Positions 40,677 to 52,873 of a stretch of 64,000 bases of DNA are shown here, in pieces; position 1 is the first letter of the stretch, and each line of letters begins with the position of its first letter. The notes beneath the pieces are model-generated. The model worked only from the letters and a program-made list of their open reading frames with translations, was not told where the DNA came from and ran no database searches. The translations under genes and the position numbers were made by a program. The stretch comes from Nitrospirota bacterium (GTDB taxonomy: Bacteria; Nitrospirota; UBA9217): assembly GCA_963737155.1 (NCBI GenBank), contig CAVTRN010000002.1:352001-416000 (forward strand), given 5' to 3'.

Positions 40677-43673
40677 TCAATCTTTGTCAAGCATTTCCCT
40701 GACCTTGTTCAGCAGGTCCGAGGGATTCAATGGCTTCGGGAGGAACTCCGTACCAATCGGGATGCCCTTCTGTGCGAATACGTCTCCCGAATAGCCGCTC
40801 ATGAAAATACAGGGGATGTTTGGGTTGAGGGCGCTGATCGCCTGATACGCCTCCAAGCCGTTCATTTTAGGCATGATACCGTCAAGTATCAAGAGATTGA
40901 TTGCGGCACGGTTCTCATTGAACCGGGCAACCGTGCTGTTCCCGTCCTCCGCCTCGATCACCGTGTAGCCCATGTCCCGGAGAACGACCGACGTCAAATT
41001 GCGGAGATACACGTCGTCCTCAGCAAGCAGGATTGTTTCACTGCCGTCCTTGAGCGGGACAGCATACTGCTCCGCAGGTTCAGGCACGGCATTCGTTGTG
41101 CGGGCTAAGGGGAAATAAACGTGGAAAACGCTCCCGTTCCCCAGCTCGGAATAAACATTGACGAATCCATTGTGAGCTTTCACGATTCCATACACCGTGG
41201 CTAGTCCGAGACCGGTCCCTTTTCCCATTTCCTTAGTCGTGAAGAACGGTTCGAAGATTCTCTTCTTGGTCTCTTCGCTCATTCCAAGGCCAGTGTCCGA
41301 CACCGACAGCATGGCATACTCTCCCACCTTGCCGTAACCATGGGCCCGTATGAACGCTTCGTCAATGGCACTGACCCTCGTATCGATGGTCAATTTCCCC
41401 TTGTCCGGCATGGCATCACGCGCGTTCGTGACGAGATTCATGATCACCTGCTCAACTTGTCCTCGGTCCGCCATGATCATTGGCTGTTCGGCCGAGTACC
41501 GGATCTGCATTTCGATGTCTTCGCGTAACAGGCGGTGCAGGAATTTCTCGAAATTTCTGATCACGACGTTCAATTCGTGAAGCCCTATTTTCACAGGCTG
41601 CTTTCTGCTAAATGCAAGCAGGCTCTGCGTCAAAGCGGCTGCACGCTCAGAAGACTGTAGGATCTGGTCGATATAGTGCCTTACCGGATCGTCGTCCTGC
41701 AGTTTCATCAGGGAAAGGTGGACATAGCCAACAATTGCCGACAGGATGTTGTTGAAATCGTGCGCCACGCCGCCGGCAAGCTGGCCAATTGCCTCCATTT
41801 TCTGCGCTTGGCGGTACTGGTCTTCCAGTTTTTTCTTCTCGGTGATATCAACGCTGACCTCGATCGCGGAGGTCACATTGCCTGCTGAGTCCCGCATGGC
41901 ATACGACTTTGTATCAATGTAGAGGGGGTTTCCTGTTTCATCGTGATGTGTATGCAAAAAAGTAGACTGTTCTCCAGTTTCGAAGGTGCGCTTCACGGCA
42001 CACTGATTGCCGGCTTCAAAACATGGCGTCATGCTACGATGGAATACTTCATAGCAGTATCTGCCGATTGCATTTTCCATAGTCGTCCCAGCCGCATCGC
42101 AAAAAGCCTTGTTCGCAGTGATAATCCGGTAATCCCTGCCTACGACAACGATCCCCTCATCTACACTTTCAAGAACGCTCCTTATGAAGATTTCGTTCTG
42201 CTTTATCATCTCCTCTGTCTTTTTGCGTTCGGTAATGTCGTTGTGTATACCGACAAGGCCGACAACCTTACCCTCTTTGTTATTAATAGAATATGCCCGG
42301 AGATAAATATCCCTTTCTTTTCTCTCCTTATCTAACATTTTCACTTCGCCTACAAAAGAACCACCCTTCATAATTATGTCGAAAACCTTTCGTCCTACTT
42401 TTTCATCAGCGTATACGGTTGCAGGCGGCCCTGAACCGCCATCTACTTCACTAACAGATAATCCAAACAACTTGGTGTAAGCTTCATTTTGATAATAATG
42501 CCTTCCAGCAGGTGTAGACATACCAATCGCATCTGTGGAACTACCCACAGCCATTTGGAAATAAAGAAGCGCTTCTTCCGCCCGCTTGCGATCTGTGATG
42601 TCGCGCATAAAACAAAAAAACTTTGCAGGTTTCTCTGATAGATAATTAACACTGGCTTCAATATCGATAACTCTGCCATCTTTGCGCTTATGTTTGGTCT
42701 CGAAGCGGGCGTAACCGATCCCTAAAATTAGTTGAAGTCGCTTTTCAATTAATTCTTGCGTATCTAGTACTTCAACGTCTTTTACGCTCATTTTAAGAAG
42801 TTCCTCGTTGCTATAACCTATCATCGAGCAATAAGAATCATTAGTTTCTAATATTCTACCTTCCATATCGACAAGATAAAAACCATCCATTGCCATGCGA
42901 AGAATTGTCTTAATCCGATTTTCCTCTCGCTTCTGCGCAGTGATGTCTTCAGCAGTTGAAAAAAGCCTGTCACCCTCCGTTGTTTTGATAATCTCTCCCG
43001 CAAATCTGCAGATTACTCTCGTCTGGTACTTGCTTCGAAGAGATAGTTCCAGACCAATGACCCGTCCATTCTGTTTCAGTCCATGCATCAAACGAGCGTG
43101 CTCTAGCCCGCTGATCCATCCCAGCTCGACGGCTGTCTTGCCGACTGCATCCTCCCTACTAAATCCGGATACCGTGCTGAAACTGTCATTTACGTCGAGA
43201 TATTTCCCAGTTGTCATATCGCTGATCGTCATCAATAGAGGACTTTTGTTGAACGCGCTGGATAAAAGAGACTTGCTTATTTGTAGTTCTATTTCCGACC
43301 GCTTGCGCTCGGTGATGTCGCGAATAACACTGCAGCAGTATTTGCGGCCCTCAATTACGATTAGTTTGACCTGTGTCTCCGTAGAGAAAACCGACCTGTC
43401 TTTTCGCATATGAGTGGATTCGAAACGCAGTTCTCCCGTTTTTAATAACTCACTTATTCTATGAGAGAAGAGCATGTTCTGCTCAGGAATTATAATTTTC
43501 GATAACTTCATCCCGATCATTTCTTCCCTCGTATACCCTCGGGATTCATAAGCCGACTTGTTGGCAAAGATTATATTGCCATCTAGATCGTGAATTAGGA
43601 CCGAATCAGCAGACAAGTCTAAAATAAAGGATTGTCGTTGCAAAGAAGCTAATGTTAAGTTTTCTGGGAACAT
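40677..43673 (-). CDS. cytoplasmic hybrid histidine kinase with 5 PAS domains and REC
   Basis: Repeated DITERK PAS linkers; [19 protein letters not shown]; GKGTGLGLA; LILDGIMP. Confidence 0.94.
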   Translation of the reverse strand: MFPENLTLASLQRQSFILDLSADSVLIHDLDGNIIFANKSAYESRGYTREEMIGMKLSKIIIPEQNMLFSHRISELLKTGELRFESTHMRKDRSVFSTETQVKLIVIEGRKYCCSVIRDITERKRSEIELQISKSLLSSAFNKSPLLMTISDMTTGKYLDVNDSFSTVSGFSREDAVGKTAVELGWISGLEHARLMHGLKQNGRVIGLELSLRSKYQTRVICRFAGEIIKTTEGDRLFSTAEDITAQKREENRIKTILRMAMDGFYLVDMEGRILETNDSYCSMIGYSNEELLKMSVKDVEVLDTQELIEKRLQLILGIGYARFETKHKRKDGRVIDIEASVNYLSEKPAKFFCFMRDITDRKRAEEALLYFQMAVGSSTDAIGMSTPAGRHYYQNEAYTKLFGLSVSEVDGGSGPPATVYADEKVGRKVFDIIMKGGSFVGEVKMLDKERKERDIYLRAYSINNKEGKVVGLVGIHNDITERKKTEEMIKQNEIFIRSVLESVDEGIVVVGRDYRIITANKAFCDAAGTTMENAIGRYCYEVFHRSMTPCFEAGNQCAVKRTFETGEQSTFLHTHHDETGNPLYIDTKSYAMRDSAGNVTSAIEVSVDITEKKKLEDQYRQAQKMEAIGQLAGGVAHDFNNILSAIVGYVHLSLMKLQDDDPVRHYIDQILQSSERAAALTQSLLAFSRKQPVKIGLHELNVVIRNFEKFLHRLLREDIEMQIRYSAEQPMIMADRGQVEQVIMNLVTNARDAMPDKGKLTIDTRVSAIDEAFIRAHGYGKVGEYAMLSVSDTGLGMSEETKKRIFEPFFTTKEMGKGTGLGLATVYGIVKAHNGFVNVYSELGNGSVFHVYFPLARTTNAVPEPAEQYAVPLKDGSETILLAEDDVYLRNLTSVVLRDMGYTVIEAEDGNSTVARFNENRAAINLLILDGIMPKMNGLEAYQAISALNPNIPCIFMSGYSGDVFAQKGIPIGTEFLPKPLNPSDLLNKVREMLDKD

Positions 43674-44126
43674 AAAAAAGTATCCTCGAATAGCCTAGAA
43701 ATAAAGCTAAAAATATTGGTATATTATTACAAAGAAGCCTCGGCAAGTCAAGGATTTGCTGGACGTGTTTTACGGAAATATATTATACAGCGAGGTGGTT
43801 TTGTTTTAGAGCATACGGTAATAAATTTCGGAATGAAGTATTGGGTGTTATTGCGATTGGAAACTACAAAGCTTCGGGAAGTTCTTGTTGCCAGAAAAAC
43901 CATATCATAATATCCATAATTCAACCAAAATCATTCACCTTCCTAATAAATCTGGCCATCCGACCTGCACCTACGAGGTTGGGATGTCATTACTGCGACA
44001 AGGGCGAAGAAAACTGATTATAACATTCACACGAATGACGAAGTGATATCCTCGGATATTTTCATGCCCTTACGCGCCGCGGGTTATGACTCCAGCACCG
44101 AACTACTCGCTATGTCTAGCATCACG

Positions 44127-44879
44127 CTATTCGTCTCGGCCGGGTTGGTCGAGAGGGACGCAGCTCTGCTTTGCTTCATTGATAAAAGTCTGCAGATCGT
44201 TTATCTTCTGTAAATCCATCTCCAAAAATTTAATCGCTATTTTAATGTTTTCCGAATTGGGAAAGGCCTCTGCCGCCTGTATTCTAATCACAAAGCCAGC
44301 GATTCCTCTGACGTGTTTTATCCCGGTCTTCTCCAAGTCTATGCTTGCTTTATCTAGAATCTGAGGGATGCCAGAGTTTTTTGAAAATATGGCTAGTAGA
44401 CCACCGCCACTGATGTCCAACAATTTGCCGTTGATCGACTGTTCCCCGTAATTTAGTACGATACCATCATCCACGTTTACTCGTTCATATTTTCTTCGAC
44501 TGAAGCGGTCGTCCACCTCCATCATTTTCAGGAGAAGTTTATCGATGGTGAATGGTTTCACCAGGTAACCGTCTACCCCCATCTGCAGTGCCTGAAGCAC
44601 GCTTCCCCGATCTGTTCTGGCGGTTATCATGATGAACTTGATGTCCTTTAAGGTGTTGCGGCCCCGGACCCATCTCAGCAATTCATCTCCTGTCATAACA
44701 GGCATTTCCCAATCGCTCAGAATGAGGTCGAACAGCTCTAATTCAAGCTTTGCCTTGGCCTCCTTTCCGTTATTCACCTCAATTACTTGAATATCCTTAT
44801 GGTTTTCTTCAAGACCAGATTTAATGAAATGTCTGGCAACGCGCATGTCCTCGACAACCAGAATTTTGAGCTTATTCAT
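44127..44879 (-). CDS. response regulator receiver + PilZ
   Basis: VVEDM, LSDWEMP, VKPF; RRKYER and DISGGG PilZ motifs intact. Confidence 0.9.
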   Translation of the reverse strand: MNKLKILVVEDMRVARHFIKSGLEENHKDIQVIEVNNGKEAKAKLELELFDLILSDWEMPVMTGDELLRWVRGRNTLKDIKFIMITARTDRGSVLQALQMGVDGYLVKPFTIDKLLLKMMEVDDRFSRRKYERVNVDDGIVLNYGEQSINGKLLDISGGGLLAIFSKNSGIPQILDKASIDLEKTGIKHVRGIAGFVIRIQAAEAFPNSENIKIAIKFLEMDLQKINDLQTFINEAKQSCVPLDQPGRDE

Positions 44880-45508
44880 TCTTCAATCCTTTCACAGAAA
44901 ATAAATACGTTTCGTAGTAATCATCTGAGCATAGCGGCTACAGAAGAATATCTGTCAGAACCGAAATTGTTTTAAGGAAGGCGAGATTGGGTATGATCAT
45001 TTATTATTCTTAACCTTGGCGATAGTAGCAATGAATTACGACACCATTCAAAAGTATCAATGAAGAAATCAGCATAAAACATGAAGTCAAGAGTCCAGGT
45101 CTCTTTAGAGTATTAATCGGCTTTTCCTCAGAAGGTTAATTGCAAAACCAAGTACCCGCTTACATTGAACCGTAAACAGGTCAAAGGTCACCTGCCAGCT
45201 GCAACGTTAATAGGGCCATCTGTCTTTTTCCATGAGTTCTACACGGACCATATACTCCTACGCTGCCTTTGTGACTTTGATGACTTCGTCGGTCTAATCT
45301 TGGGCTTCCTCTTCCTGGACGGTTGGCTTTAAAGAAAAAACAGGATGAAAGGTGTACAAATCTAACACAGTGAATGAGGGATGTAAAATGGTATTTGAAA
45401 CGTAGGTGATTACGATTTGAGGGTGGCTTAGAGTGCGAGTTATTGCATCTTCTTTCCCATCTGGCCAATGACCCGGGCAGGACGCTTGATCACAACTCGA
45501 AAAGTCGT

Positions 45509-46288
45509 TCATAATTTATTGAGCACATTGCACATCGCATGTAAATCATAGGGTTTCGCTATTGCGTTCACAAAACCATGAGTCCGAAAATCCTTCAATA
45601 TGGGGTCTTCAGAATAACCGCTTGAAACGATCCCTTTTACATCCGGATTGATCTTCAGATGCTTCCTCATCGTTGTTTCTCCCCCCATGCCTCCCGGCAC
45701 AACCAAATCGAGGATAACGGTATCAAAGCACCGGCCCGTTGCCATTGCCTGCCTGTATAAGGTAACCGCTTCCTCGCCGTTTTCCGCAGTCACAACGTCG
45801 ACCCCCAGATGCTTCAGCATTTCCGTTGCGACGCTCCTTATCCGTGCATCATCGTCCATAAGCGGCAATGTTTTTACTTTCGTTCCTGAAGACGAAGGAA
45901 TGCGGAACCCTGCTTTAACGTACCGGCCGCCCGCTCCAGGAAGGTAAATGGTCGCGGTTGTCCCTTTGCCAGGTTGTGACTCGATGGTTATTGACCCATC
46001 ATGTTTGCGGACAATGGAATAACAAATGGATAAACCAAGCCCAATACCTTTATTGCTTCCCATGTCCTTTGTCGTGAAATAAGGGTCAAAAATTTTCGAG
46101 AGGTGCTCTTTGGGAATTCCCGCACCTTGATCGATTATTGACATCTTCACGTATGTGCCGGATTTTAATGATAGTGCTTCCTCACCGGTCAGCGCGATAC
46201 TTTCCCCCGTGATTCGCAGCAGTCCTCCTGACGGCATAGGGAGATACACTACTTCATGATATTGGGAAAAAGCCTTGCACGATTGCAA
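45509..46288 (-). pseudogene. HATPase-REC fragment of a hybrid histidine kinase
   Basis: Homology begins at MPSGGLLRI (after the N-box); FDPYFTTK, GLGLSI, REC; no H-box or sensor. Confidence 0.8.
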
Positions 46289-46703
46289 GGCCTTTTCTTT
46301 TCGGAGGGCCCTGTATTGTCAAAAACCTAGAGTCGGGAGACTTTACCCTTCATCCCTAACAAAGATTACTGCATCCGCCCTCCAGACAGATGCCTCTACC
46401 GAAACAGCCGCATCGTCAGGGTTGTATGAAATAATAAGCTGGTTTATCAGGCCTAGAAATTATATTTTGCTAAAGTTTATTTGTTTTCTACCGATAAAAT
46501 ACGTAGAAACTCAAGATGTTGACGAACAACAGCGAACGGTCGTGTCATATATTTAGACGATACTATTTATGGCATGCCTCAAATCAGGTTTGGCGTCAGG
46601 TTAAGAATACCGCACTCATCTTTAATCCGGCCGGCGTGGTCAAGGGGCCGGTCCGTGCCGTTGGTGTCCCGCTTTTTATTTGCTTCGCCGAAGGGAATAT
46701 AAC

Positions 46704-49700
46704 ATGAGCATGAGCAGTCTAAAAAGCAAAATGGTCTTCACGATCACGCTGTTGACCGCGGGCATCCTGTTCTCCGCTGCTATTCTCGCCTTCACATATT
46801 TTAAAAATCAATTCAAATACCTGATCTCCGACGAGCAGTTTAGTCTCCTTGCCGCCCAGGCACACGACGTAGACAACAAGATTGAAAATTCCCAGGCCAT
46901 GCTCGTTGCCGTTTCCAAAGTCATGCCGCTCAATGCGATGAGAAGCGGTGACAGGGCTCAACAGTGGCTTACCGACAGAACGGGAATCCGATCGATTTTT
47001 GACAATGGATTATTTATTTTTTCCAAGCAAGGCCTTCTGATCGCCGAATCGCCGTTGCTTCCCGGCTACCGGAGCATAGATTTCTCACACGCTGAATATA
47101 TCAGGGAAACCCTGTCGACCGGGAAGCCGGTGATTTCGCTGTCTCATTTATCACGTACAGCGCATCATCACCCGATCATAGCTATGACTGCGCCCGTCCT
47201 GGACAAACACGGAGCGGTGGCTGGGACCCTTGTGGGAATCTTCGACTTGACGAGGGAAAATTTCTTTAGCAATATCGGTCGGATCGAGATCGGCAAGGCC
47301 GGACATGTCTATCTCTTAAGCCAGGACGGTACGATCATCGTTCCTCCAGACGAGAACAGTGTCCAGAAACTCGACCTTCCCGTCGGGGCGAATATGCAGT
47401 TCGTTATGGCAGCGGCCGGTGCCGCGGGGACGGAGGAAATGGTGACGTCCCGGGGAACGCATGTTCTCATGTCGTTCAAACAATTGGGGTCAAAAAACTG
47501 GAGACTTGCCGCATTTTATCCAATGGACAAAGCGTATGCGCCGATCAGCGACGCGAAGCGGTATTTTCTGCTTGTCCTGGTGGTGGCGGTCGCTTTTGCC
47601 CTCATCACTGTTTGGCTGACCATGAGCCGTCTTACAGCGCCGCTCCTTGCCTTTGCAGAACATGTGGAAGGGCTGCCAACAAAGTCGGGTGCAGAAAGAA
47701 TGTTCCTACTCGACAGTGGTGACGAAATCCGGAAGCTTGCTCTTGCCTTCAACGGCATGATCGACAAACTGGACTGCCAGCATGAAGCGCTCAGTGCGAG
47801 CGAGGAGCGTCATCGCATGTTCATCGAAACGAGCCTCGACGGCGTCTATTTTGCTGACAAGGAGGGCGTCTTCCGGCGGATGAATCAGGCGGGTGCGGCT
47901 CTTCTCGGGCACTTATCGCCGGATCAGGTGATCGGCAAACCCGTCAACGACTATTGGGTCGACCCGGCGGAAAGGGTCGTTTTTGTTGCCGAGCTCAGGA
48001 AAAGTAAATCCGTCAAATCGTACCTCCTGCGCGGACGACGGGTGGATGGAACGGAGATATTCCTCGAGGCCAGCAGCAGGCTGCTCGAAGATGAGCATGG
48101 AGATTTCATCGGCATCGAGGGGACCCTTCGGGATTGTACCGACCGGGTCCGAGCGGAACGACGGCTTGAAGAGAAGAACGGCGAACTCCAGTCAGCATAC
48201 AAGGAGCTGACGGCTTCCAAGGAAGAACTGAGGAAACTCTTCGAAAAGGTTGCCTCTGCAAAGAGTGATTGGGAAAACACCATCGATGCAACGCGCGACA
48301 TACTCGTGCTGCTGGATGATCAGGGGAAAATCAAACGATGCAACCGGACCTTCCGGGACCTTATCGGAATAACCTACGATGGGTTGCTCGGTCAATCCTG
48401 GAGCCAGATTACCGCGGTCCATGGCCTGACCGATAAAACCGCACACGGAGAAACGGCCGAGATATTTCATAAGGTTAGCAACAGGTGGTTTCAATCAGCT
48501 GCTTATCGGTTCAGGGACGCAACCAACCGTGAAAAGACGGTTATCGCAATTCATGACATAACAGCAGTGAAGAACATGGCCCTGGTCCTTGAACGGTCCA
48601 ATGCGGAGATCGACAGCGGCAGGTCCAGGCTACAGCGGGCACTGGAACAGTTATCCAGTTTGATCCAGGAAGTGACGCAGAAAAAGGATTTCAGCGTCAG
48701 GTTCTCGAACCCGCATCTGCGAAATTGCCGCGAGGTCAAGGACTGCACGAAACAGGACTGTCCCTGCTATGACGGCGCCGATAGACGCTGTTGGCAGATA
48801 GCAGGAACCTTTTGCGGGGGAAAAGTGCAGGGCGTCTTTGCGGAAAAGTTCAAGAATTGCTCCGAGTGCACCACGTTCAAGCATGCAACATCCGACCCGA
48901 TCTATCAGATCGGCGAGAACTTCAACAATATGATGCACATTCTGGATCTTCAGCACCACGACCTGGAGCAGGCTTACCATGAACTCCAGGAAGCGCAGGC
49001 CCATCTTGTGCAGCAGGAAAAGATGGCATCTATCGGCCAGCTTGCCGCCGGCGTTGCTCATGAGATCAACAATCCCACGGGTTTCATCATGAGCAACCTG
49101 GGATCTCTCCGGAAATATGTGGATAGGCTGACCCAATTCATCGCAGAACAGGACCGCGCGATCGGGGAATTGCCCGAGATTCGGATCGGAGAAATTGCGA
49201 AGCAGCGGAAAGCCCTGAAGGTAGATTTCATCACCGATGACCTCCGGAACCTGATAAGCGAGTCCCTGGACGGCGCGGAGAGGATCAAGAAGATCGTCCA
49301 GGACCTGAAAGGCTTCTCGCGGCTGGACGAGGCCGAACTGAAACTAGCCGACATCAACGCGGGCCTGGAGAGCACGATCAACATCGTCTGGAACGAGCTG
49401 AAATACAAGGCCGAGGTGAAGAAGGATTACGGCGACCTCCCGCAGACACAATGCAACCCGGGGCAATTGAACCAGGTATTCATGAACCTGCTGGTGAACG
49501 CGGCGCATGCCATCGAGAATCGTGGGGAGATCGGTATCAGGACCTGGGCCGACGACGGCGCCATCAACGTTTCGATCTCGGACACGGGCTGCGGGATCCC
49601 CGAAGACAACATAAAGCGGATATTCGAGCCTTTTTTCACCACGAAAGAAGTGGGCAAAGGTACCGGGCTCGGCCTGAGCATTGCTTATGACATCGTAAAA

Positions 49701-49784
49701 AAACACAACGGCTCTATTGATGTGCAAAGCGTAATCGGGAAAGGCACCACCTTCACGATTACGATGCCGGTGGTTGCGGGTTGA
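46704..49784 (+). CDS. histidine kinase: dCache, HAMP, 2 PAS, Cys-rich (two-CW-like) insert, HisKA, HATPase
   Basis: TM-Cache-TM; CREVKDC...CPCY...CWQIAGTFCGG...CSEC; QEKMASIGQLAAGVAHEINNP; GKGTGLGL. Confidence 0.92.
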   Translation: MSMSSLKSKMVFTITLLTAGILFSAAILAFTYFKNQFKYLISDEQFSLLAAQAHDVDNKIENSQAMLVAVSKVMPLNAMRSGDRAQQWLTDRTGIRSIFDNGLFIFSKQGLLIAESPLLPGYRSIDFSHAEYIRETLSTGKPVISLSHLSRTAHHHPIIAMTAPVLDKHGAVAGTLVGIFDLTRENFFSNIGRIEIGKAGHVYLLSQDGTIIVPPDENSVQKLDLPVGANMQFVMAAAGAAGTEEMVTSRGTHVLMSFKQLGSKNWRLAAFYPMDKAYAPISDAKRYFLLVLVVAVAFALITVWLTMSRLTAPLLAFAEHVEGLPTKSGAERMFLLDSGDEIRKLALAFNGMIDKLDCQHEALSASEERHRMFIETSLDGVYFADKEGVFRRMNQAGAALLGHLSPDQVIGKPVNDYWVDPAERVVFVAELRKSKSVKSYLLRGRRVDGTEIFLEASSRLLEDEHGDFIGIEGTLRDCTDRVRAERRLEEKNGELQSAYKELTASKEELRKLFEKVASAKSDWENTIDATRDILVLLDDQGKIKRCNRTFRDLIGITYDGLLGQSWSQITAVHGLTDKTAHGETAEIFHKVSNRWFQSAAYRFRDATNREKTVIAIHDITAVKNMALVLERSNAEIDSGRSRLQRALEQLSSLIQEVTQKKDFSVRFSNPHLRNCREVKDCTKQDCPCYDGADRRCWQIAGTFCGGKVQGVFAEKFKNCSECTTFKHATSDPIYQIGENFNNMMHILDLQHHDLEQAYHELQEAQAHLVQQEKMASIGQLAAGVAHEINNPTGFIMSNLGSLRKYVDRLTQFIAEQDRAIGELPEIRIGEIAKQRKALKVDFITDDLRNLISESLDGAERIKKIVQDLKGFSRLDEAELKLADINAGLESTINIVWNELKYKAEVKKDYGDLPQTQCNPGQLNQVFMNLLVNAAHAIENRGEIGIRTWADDGAINVSISDTGCGIPEDNIKRIFEPFFTTKEVGKGTGLGLSIAYDIVKKHNGSIDVQSVIGKGTTFTITMPVVAG

Positions 49785-49786
49785 TT

Positions 49787-50731
49787 ATGAACACCAGAAT
49801 ATTGTTCGTTGACGACGAGATCCATATCCTTCAGTCCGTAAAGAGGCTTTTTATGGAAGAGGACCTGTCCGTCCTCACCGCCGAAAGCGGTCAGGCTGCG
49901 CTCGAAATCATGAACAATGATCCAGTCGCCGTGATCGTTTCGGACAACAGGATGCCGCGCATGAGCGGCATTGAATTCCTCGAGCGTTCACGGCAGCTTG
50001 CGCCTCACAGCATTCGCATCATGATGACTGGCCATGCCGATCTGCAGGCCGCCATTCATGCTATCAACAGAAGCGGCGTATCCCACTTTATCACCAAGCC
50101 CTGGGATGACCGAGAGCTGAAAGAAGCGGTAGTGGGGGCAGTGGAGCGCTTCAATATGGTCGAGTCAATGAAATCGGCAGACGAGGCGACCCTGCTGTCG
50201 CTTGCCCAGACCATCGAGCTTAAGGACCCCTACACGCGGGGGCATTGCGACCGCGTCGCGCAATATGCCATTCGTACCGCTGAACGCCTCGGACTCTCTG
50301 AGGGCGATACAAAGCATATTAGGCAGGGGTGCTGGCTTCACGATTGCGGCAAGATCGGCGTACCCGAAGCAATTCTCGGCTTCAATGGTCCGCTGTCCCC
50401 TGATCAGATGGACGTCGTAAAAAACCATCCGCGGTGGGGCGCGGAGGTCGCACGGATTGCTAACCTTCCCGAGGCCGTGATTTCCATCATCTTGCATCAT
50501 CACGAACGGTTCGACGGGGCGGGCTACCCTGTCGGCCTCAAAGGGAAGGAGATCCCTTACCTGGCGCGGCTCGTAGCCATCGCGGACTTTTACGATGCAC
50601 TGGTCTCGGATCGGCCGTACCGCAAGGCCATGCCCCACGAGCAGGCGATCGAACTACTCGATCGCGCACGGGAAACCTTTTTTGATCCGGAGATTCTGGA
50701 TGTGTTCATTTCGACATTAAGGGAGAACTGA
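49787..50731 (+). CDS. REC-HD-GYP phosphodiesterase
   Basis: FVDDE, VSDNRMP; KDPYTRGH, LHDCGKIG, HHERFDGAGYP. Confidence 0.93.
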   Translation: MNTRILFVDDEIHILQSVKRLFMEEDLSVLTAESGQAALEIMNNDPVAVIVSDNRMPRMSGIEFLERSRQLAPHSIRIMMTGHADLQAAIHAINRSGVSHFITKPWDDRELKEAVVGAVERFNMVESMKSADEATLLSLAQTIELKDPYTRGHCDRVAQYAIRTAERLGLSEGDTKHIRQGCWLHDCGKIGVPEAILGFNGPLSPDQMDVVKNHPRWGAEVARIANLPEAVISIILHHHERFDGAGYPVGLKGKEIPYLARLVAIADFYDALVSDRPYRKAMPHEQAIELLDRARETFFDPEILDVFISTLREN

Positions 50732-50732
50732 C

Positions 50733-52079
50733 ATGGAGCAAAATGGTGATACTGATATGCCGAACATCCTCTTTGTTGACGATGAGGAGAATGTGCTCAA
50801 GTCGCTAAAGCGAGTCTTCATGGATGAGCCCTATGGCCTGGTGACTGCATTATCAGGTAAGGAGGCCCTTGAAATTCTCGGCAAAATAAATTTCGCTGTC
50901 ATCGTCTCGGACCAGCGCATGCCCGGGATGAGCGGCTCGGAGTTCCTCGGCAAGGCGAGGACGATCCAGCCGGACGCTTTGAGGGTCGTGCTGACAGGGT
51001 ACGCCGATGTGCAGGCTGCCGTCAACGCAATCAATGAGGGAGGCGCATATCGGTACATTGCCAAGCCCTGGAATGATACGGACCTCATGCTAGTGATCCG
51101 CGACGCGGTTGCGACGTACGGTCTCAAGGAGGAAAACGCTCGGCTCACAACGCTCACGAAAAAACAAAATGATGAGTTGAAAAAATGGAATACCGAGCTC
51201 GAAGTACTGGTTCAAGAGCAGACCATTGACATTCAGAATAAGAACAAGGAGTTGGAAAAACTCAACGAGCAACTCCGAAAAAATTTCAGGAAGTCCATCG
51301 AGGCATTCTCCGGACTTATCGAGATGCGCGAGAAGTCCGTGTCGAGCCATTCGAAGAATGTTGCCTCTCTTTCTCGCCAGATCGCGGCGAACATGAACCT
51401 GCCGAACCAGGAGACAAGCAATATCCTCGTGGCGGCGCTGCTCCACGACATCGGGAAGATCGGTATTACCGATGCTGTCCTGATGAAGCGGCCCGATGAT
51501 ATGACCAGTGAGGAACTCGAGGAGTACCGGAAACACGCCGTGCGGGGGCAGGTGGCGGTCGATGCGATTGACGGGTTCAGCGATATAGGCCTGCTGATCA
51601 GGCACCACCATGAGCACATAGACGGATCCGGCCATCCCGATGGGCTGACAGGCTCATCGATTCCGATTGGAAGCCGCATTATCGCGATCGCCGATGTCTT
51701 TGACCGCATGACAAACATCGGCAAGCCTTCTGCAGAGGGATTACTGAAAGCGCTGAGGAACATCGAATATTATTTGGAAACTCATTTTGACCGATCGATA
51801 TACCAGCATCTCTCGCATATTGTCGAGAAGAAGATCGAGGATCTGGAAAAACAGGGCGATGTACGCTTGGAGGAAGTCGAAATACTGCCCCATCATTTAA
51901 CCGCGGGCATGGTGCTGACGCGGGATGTGAGAAGCGGAAGCGGGCTTCTCATTCTGGCGCGAGGCACTCTCCTAGATCCTACGCTTATCGGAGCGCTTCA
52001 ACGGTACCATCAGATGGATCCTTCCCGGGTGGGGATCTTTGTGAAAAAAGTGGAAATTCGGCGGAAAGTTCCAGCTTGA
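50733..52079 (+). CDS. REC-HD-GYP-like protein (GHP variant) with C-terminal extension
   Basis: VSDQRMP; LHDIGKIG; HHEHIDGSGHP. Confidence 0.9.
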   Translation: MEQNGDTDMPNILFVDDEENVLKSLKRVFMDEPYGLVTALSGKEALEILGKINFAVIVSDQRMPGMSGSEFLGKARTIQPDALRVVLTGYADVQAAVNAINEGGAYRYIAKPWNDTDLMLVIRDAVATYGLKEENARLTTLTKKQNDELKKWNTELEVLVQEQTIDIQNKNKELEKLNEQLRKNFRKSIEAFSGLIEMREKSVSSHSKNVASLSRQIAANMNLPNQETSNILVAALLHDIGKIGITDAVLMKRPDDMTSEELEEYRKHAVRGQVAVDAIDGFSDIGLLIRHHHEHIDGSGHPDGLTGSSIPIGSRIIAIADVFDRMTNIGKPSAEGLLKALRNIEYYLETHFDRSIYQHLSHIVEKKIEDLEKQGDVRLEEVEILPHHLTAGMVLTRDVRSGSGLLILARGTLLDPTLIGALQRYHQMDPSRVGIFVKKVEIRRKVPA

Positions 52080-52116
52080 ACCTTATGGGGAACTTTCCCG
52101 GATATCAGCCCGAATA

Positions 52117-52230
52117 ATGCCAGAGGGGATAAACATACTGTGCGTCGATGATGAGCCGAATGTCCTGAGTTCCGCGCGATGGGCGCTGGTTGATAATGGC
52201 TGGCAGATCCACACGGCTGGCTCGGTTGGT
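52117..52230 (+). pseudogene. truncated receiver-domain gene
   Basis: INILCVDDEPNVLSSARWAL...IHTAGS, after which similarity ends. Confidence 0.7.
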
Positions 52231-52414
52231 GTTCAACCGCGACTAAGAGAGGCGCAGAACAATCTGTTGCTCCATCCCTACTCATCCGGCACCTCTTTTT
52301 GTACCAAGGGTGTCCTCGGTCCCGGTTCTCCGGGTCACACTTACAAGTGTGGAATTTGAATAGAGCGAAACAATTTAGCAAATTCCGGTTGAAAACAGGT
52401 AAATCGTATTTATA

Positions 52415-52834
52415 TTACTGGTGAGGCACATTCGTACCTAACCAGCGGTCTAATATGCACTCTATATCCTTTTTGAACTGATTGAGGTCTGTTGCCTTTT
52501 GCAGAAAACTATCTGCACCCGCCTTGAAAGCTGCCTGTTGGTCCGATTCAAGACTTGAGTTCGTGACTATGACCACTCGAATACCGTGCAGGATCTTGTC
52601 GTCACGTATCTTGCGCAGGACCTCAATGCCGTCCATCTGGGGCATTTTCAGATCGAGCAGGATCAGCTTCGGTGGCGTTTTTTTCTCCCGAATGAGCGCG
52701 AGGCCATCTTCTCCACACGAGACAACTTCCATCATTAAATCCCGGCCGGTCCTCGTTAGCACCGATTTCGTTAGTAAGACGTCGTCCTCGCTGTCATCGA
52801 TGATGAGGATTGTCGGTTGCATTACATTATCCAC
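52415..52834 (-). CDS. single-domain response regulator
   Basis: IIDDSEDD, LLDLKMPQMDG, VTNS, FLQK. Confidence 0.92.
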   Translation of the reverse strand: MDNVMQPTILIIDDSEDDVLLTKSVLTRTGRDLMMEVVSCGEDGLALIREKKTPPKLILLDLKMPQMDGIEVLRKIRDDKILHGIRVVIVTNSSLESDQQAAFKAGADSFLQKATDLNQFKKDIECILDRWLGTNVPHQ

Positions 52835-52873
52835 TTTCTCTGAGTTAAAAATCTGGATTCGAAAAAAACGGTT

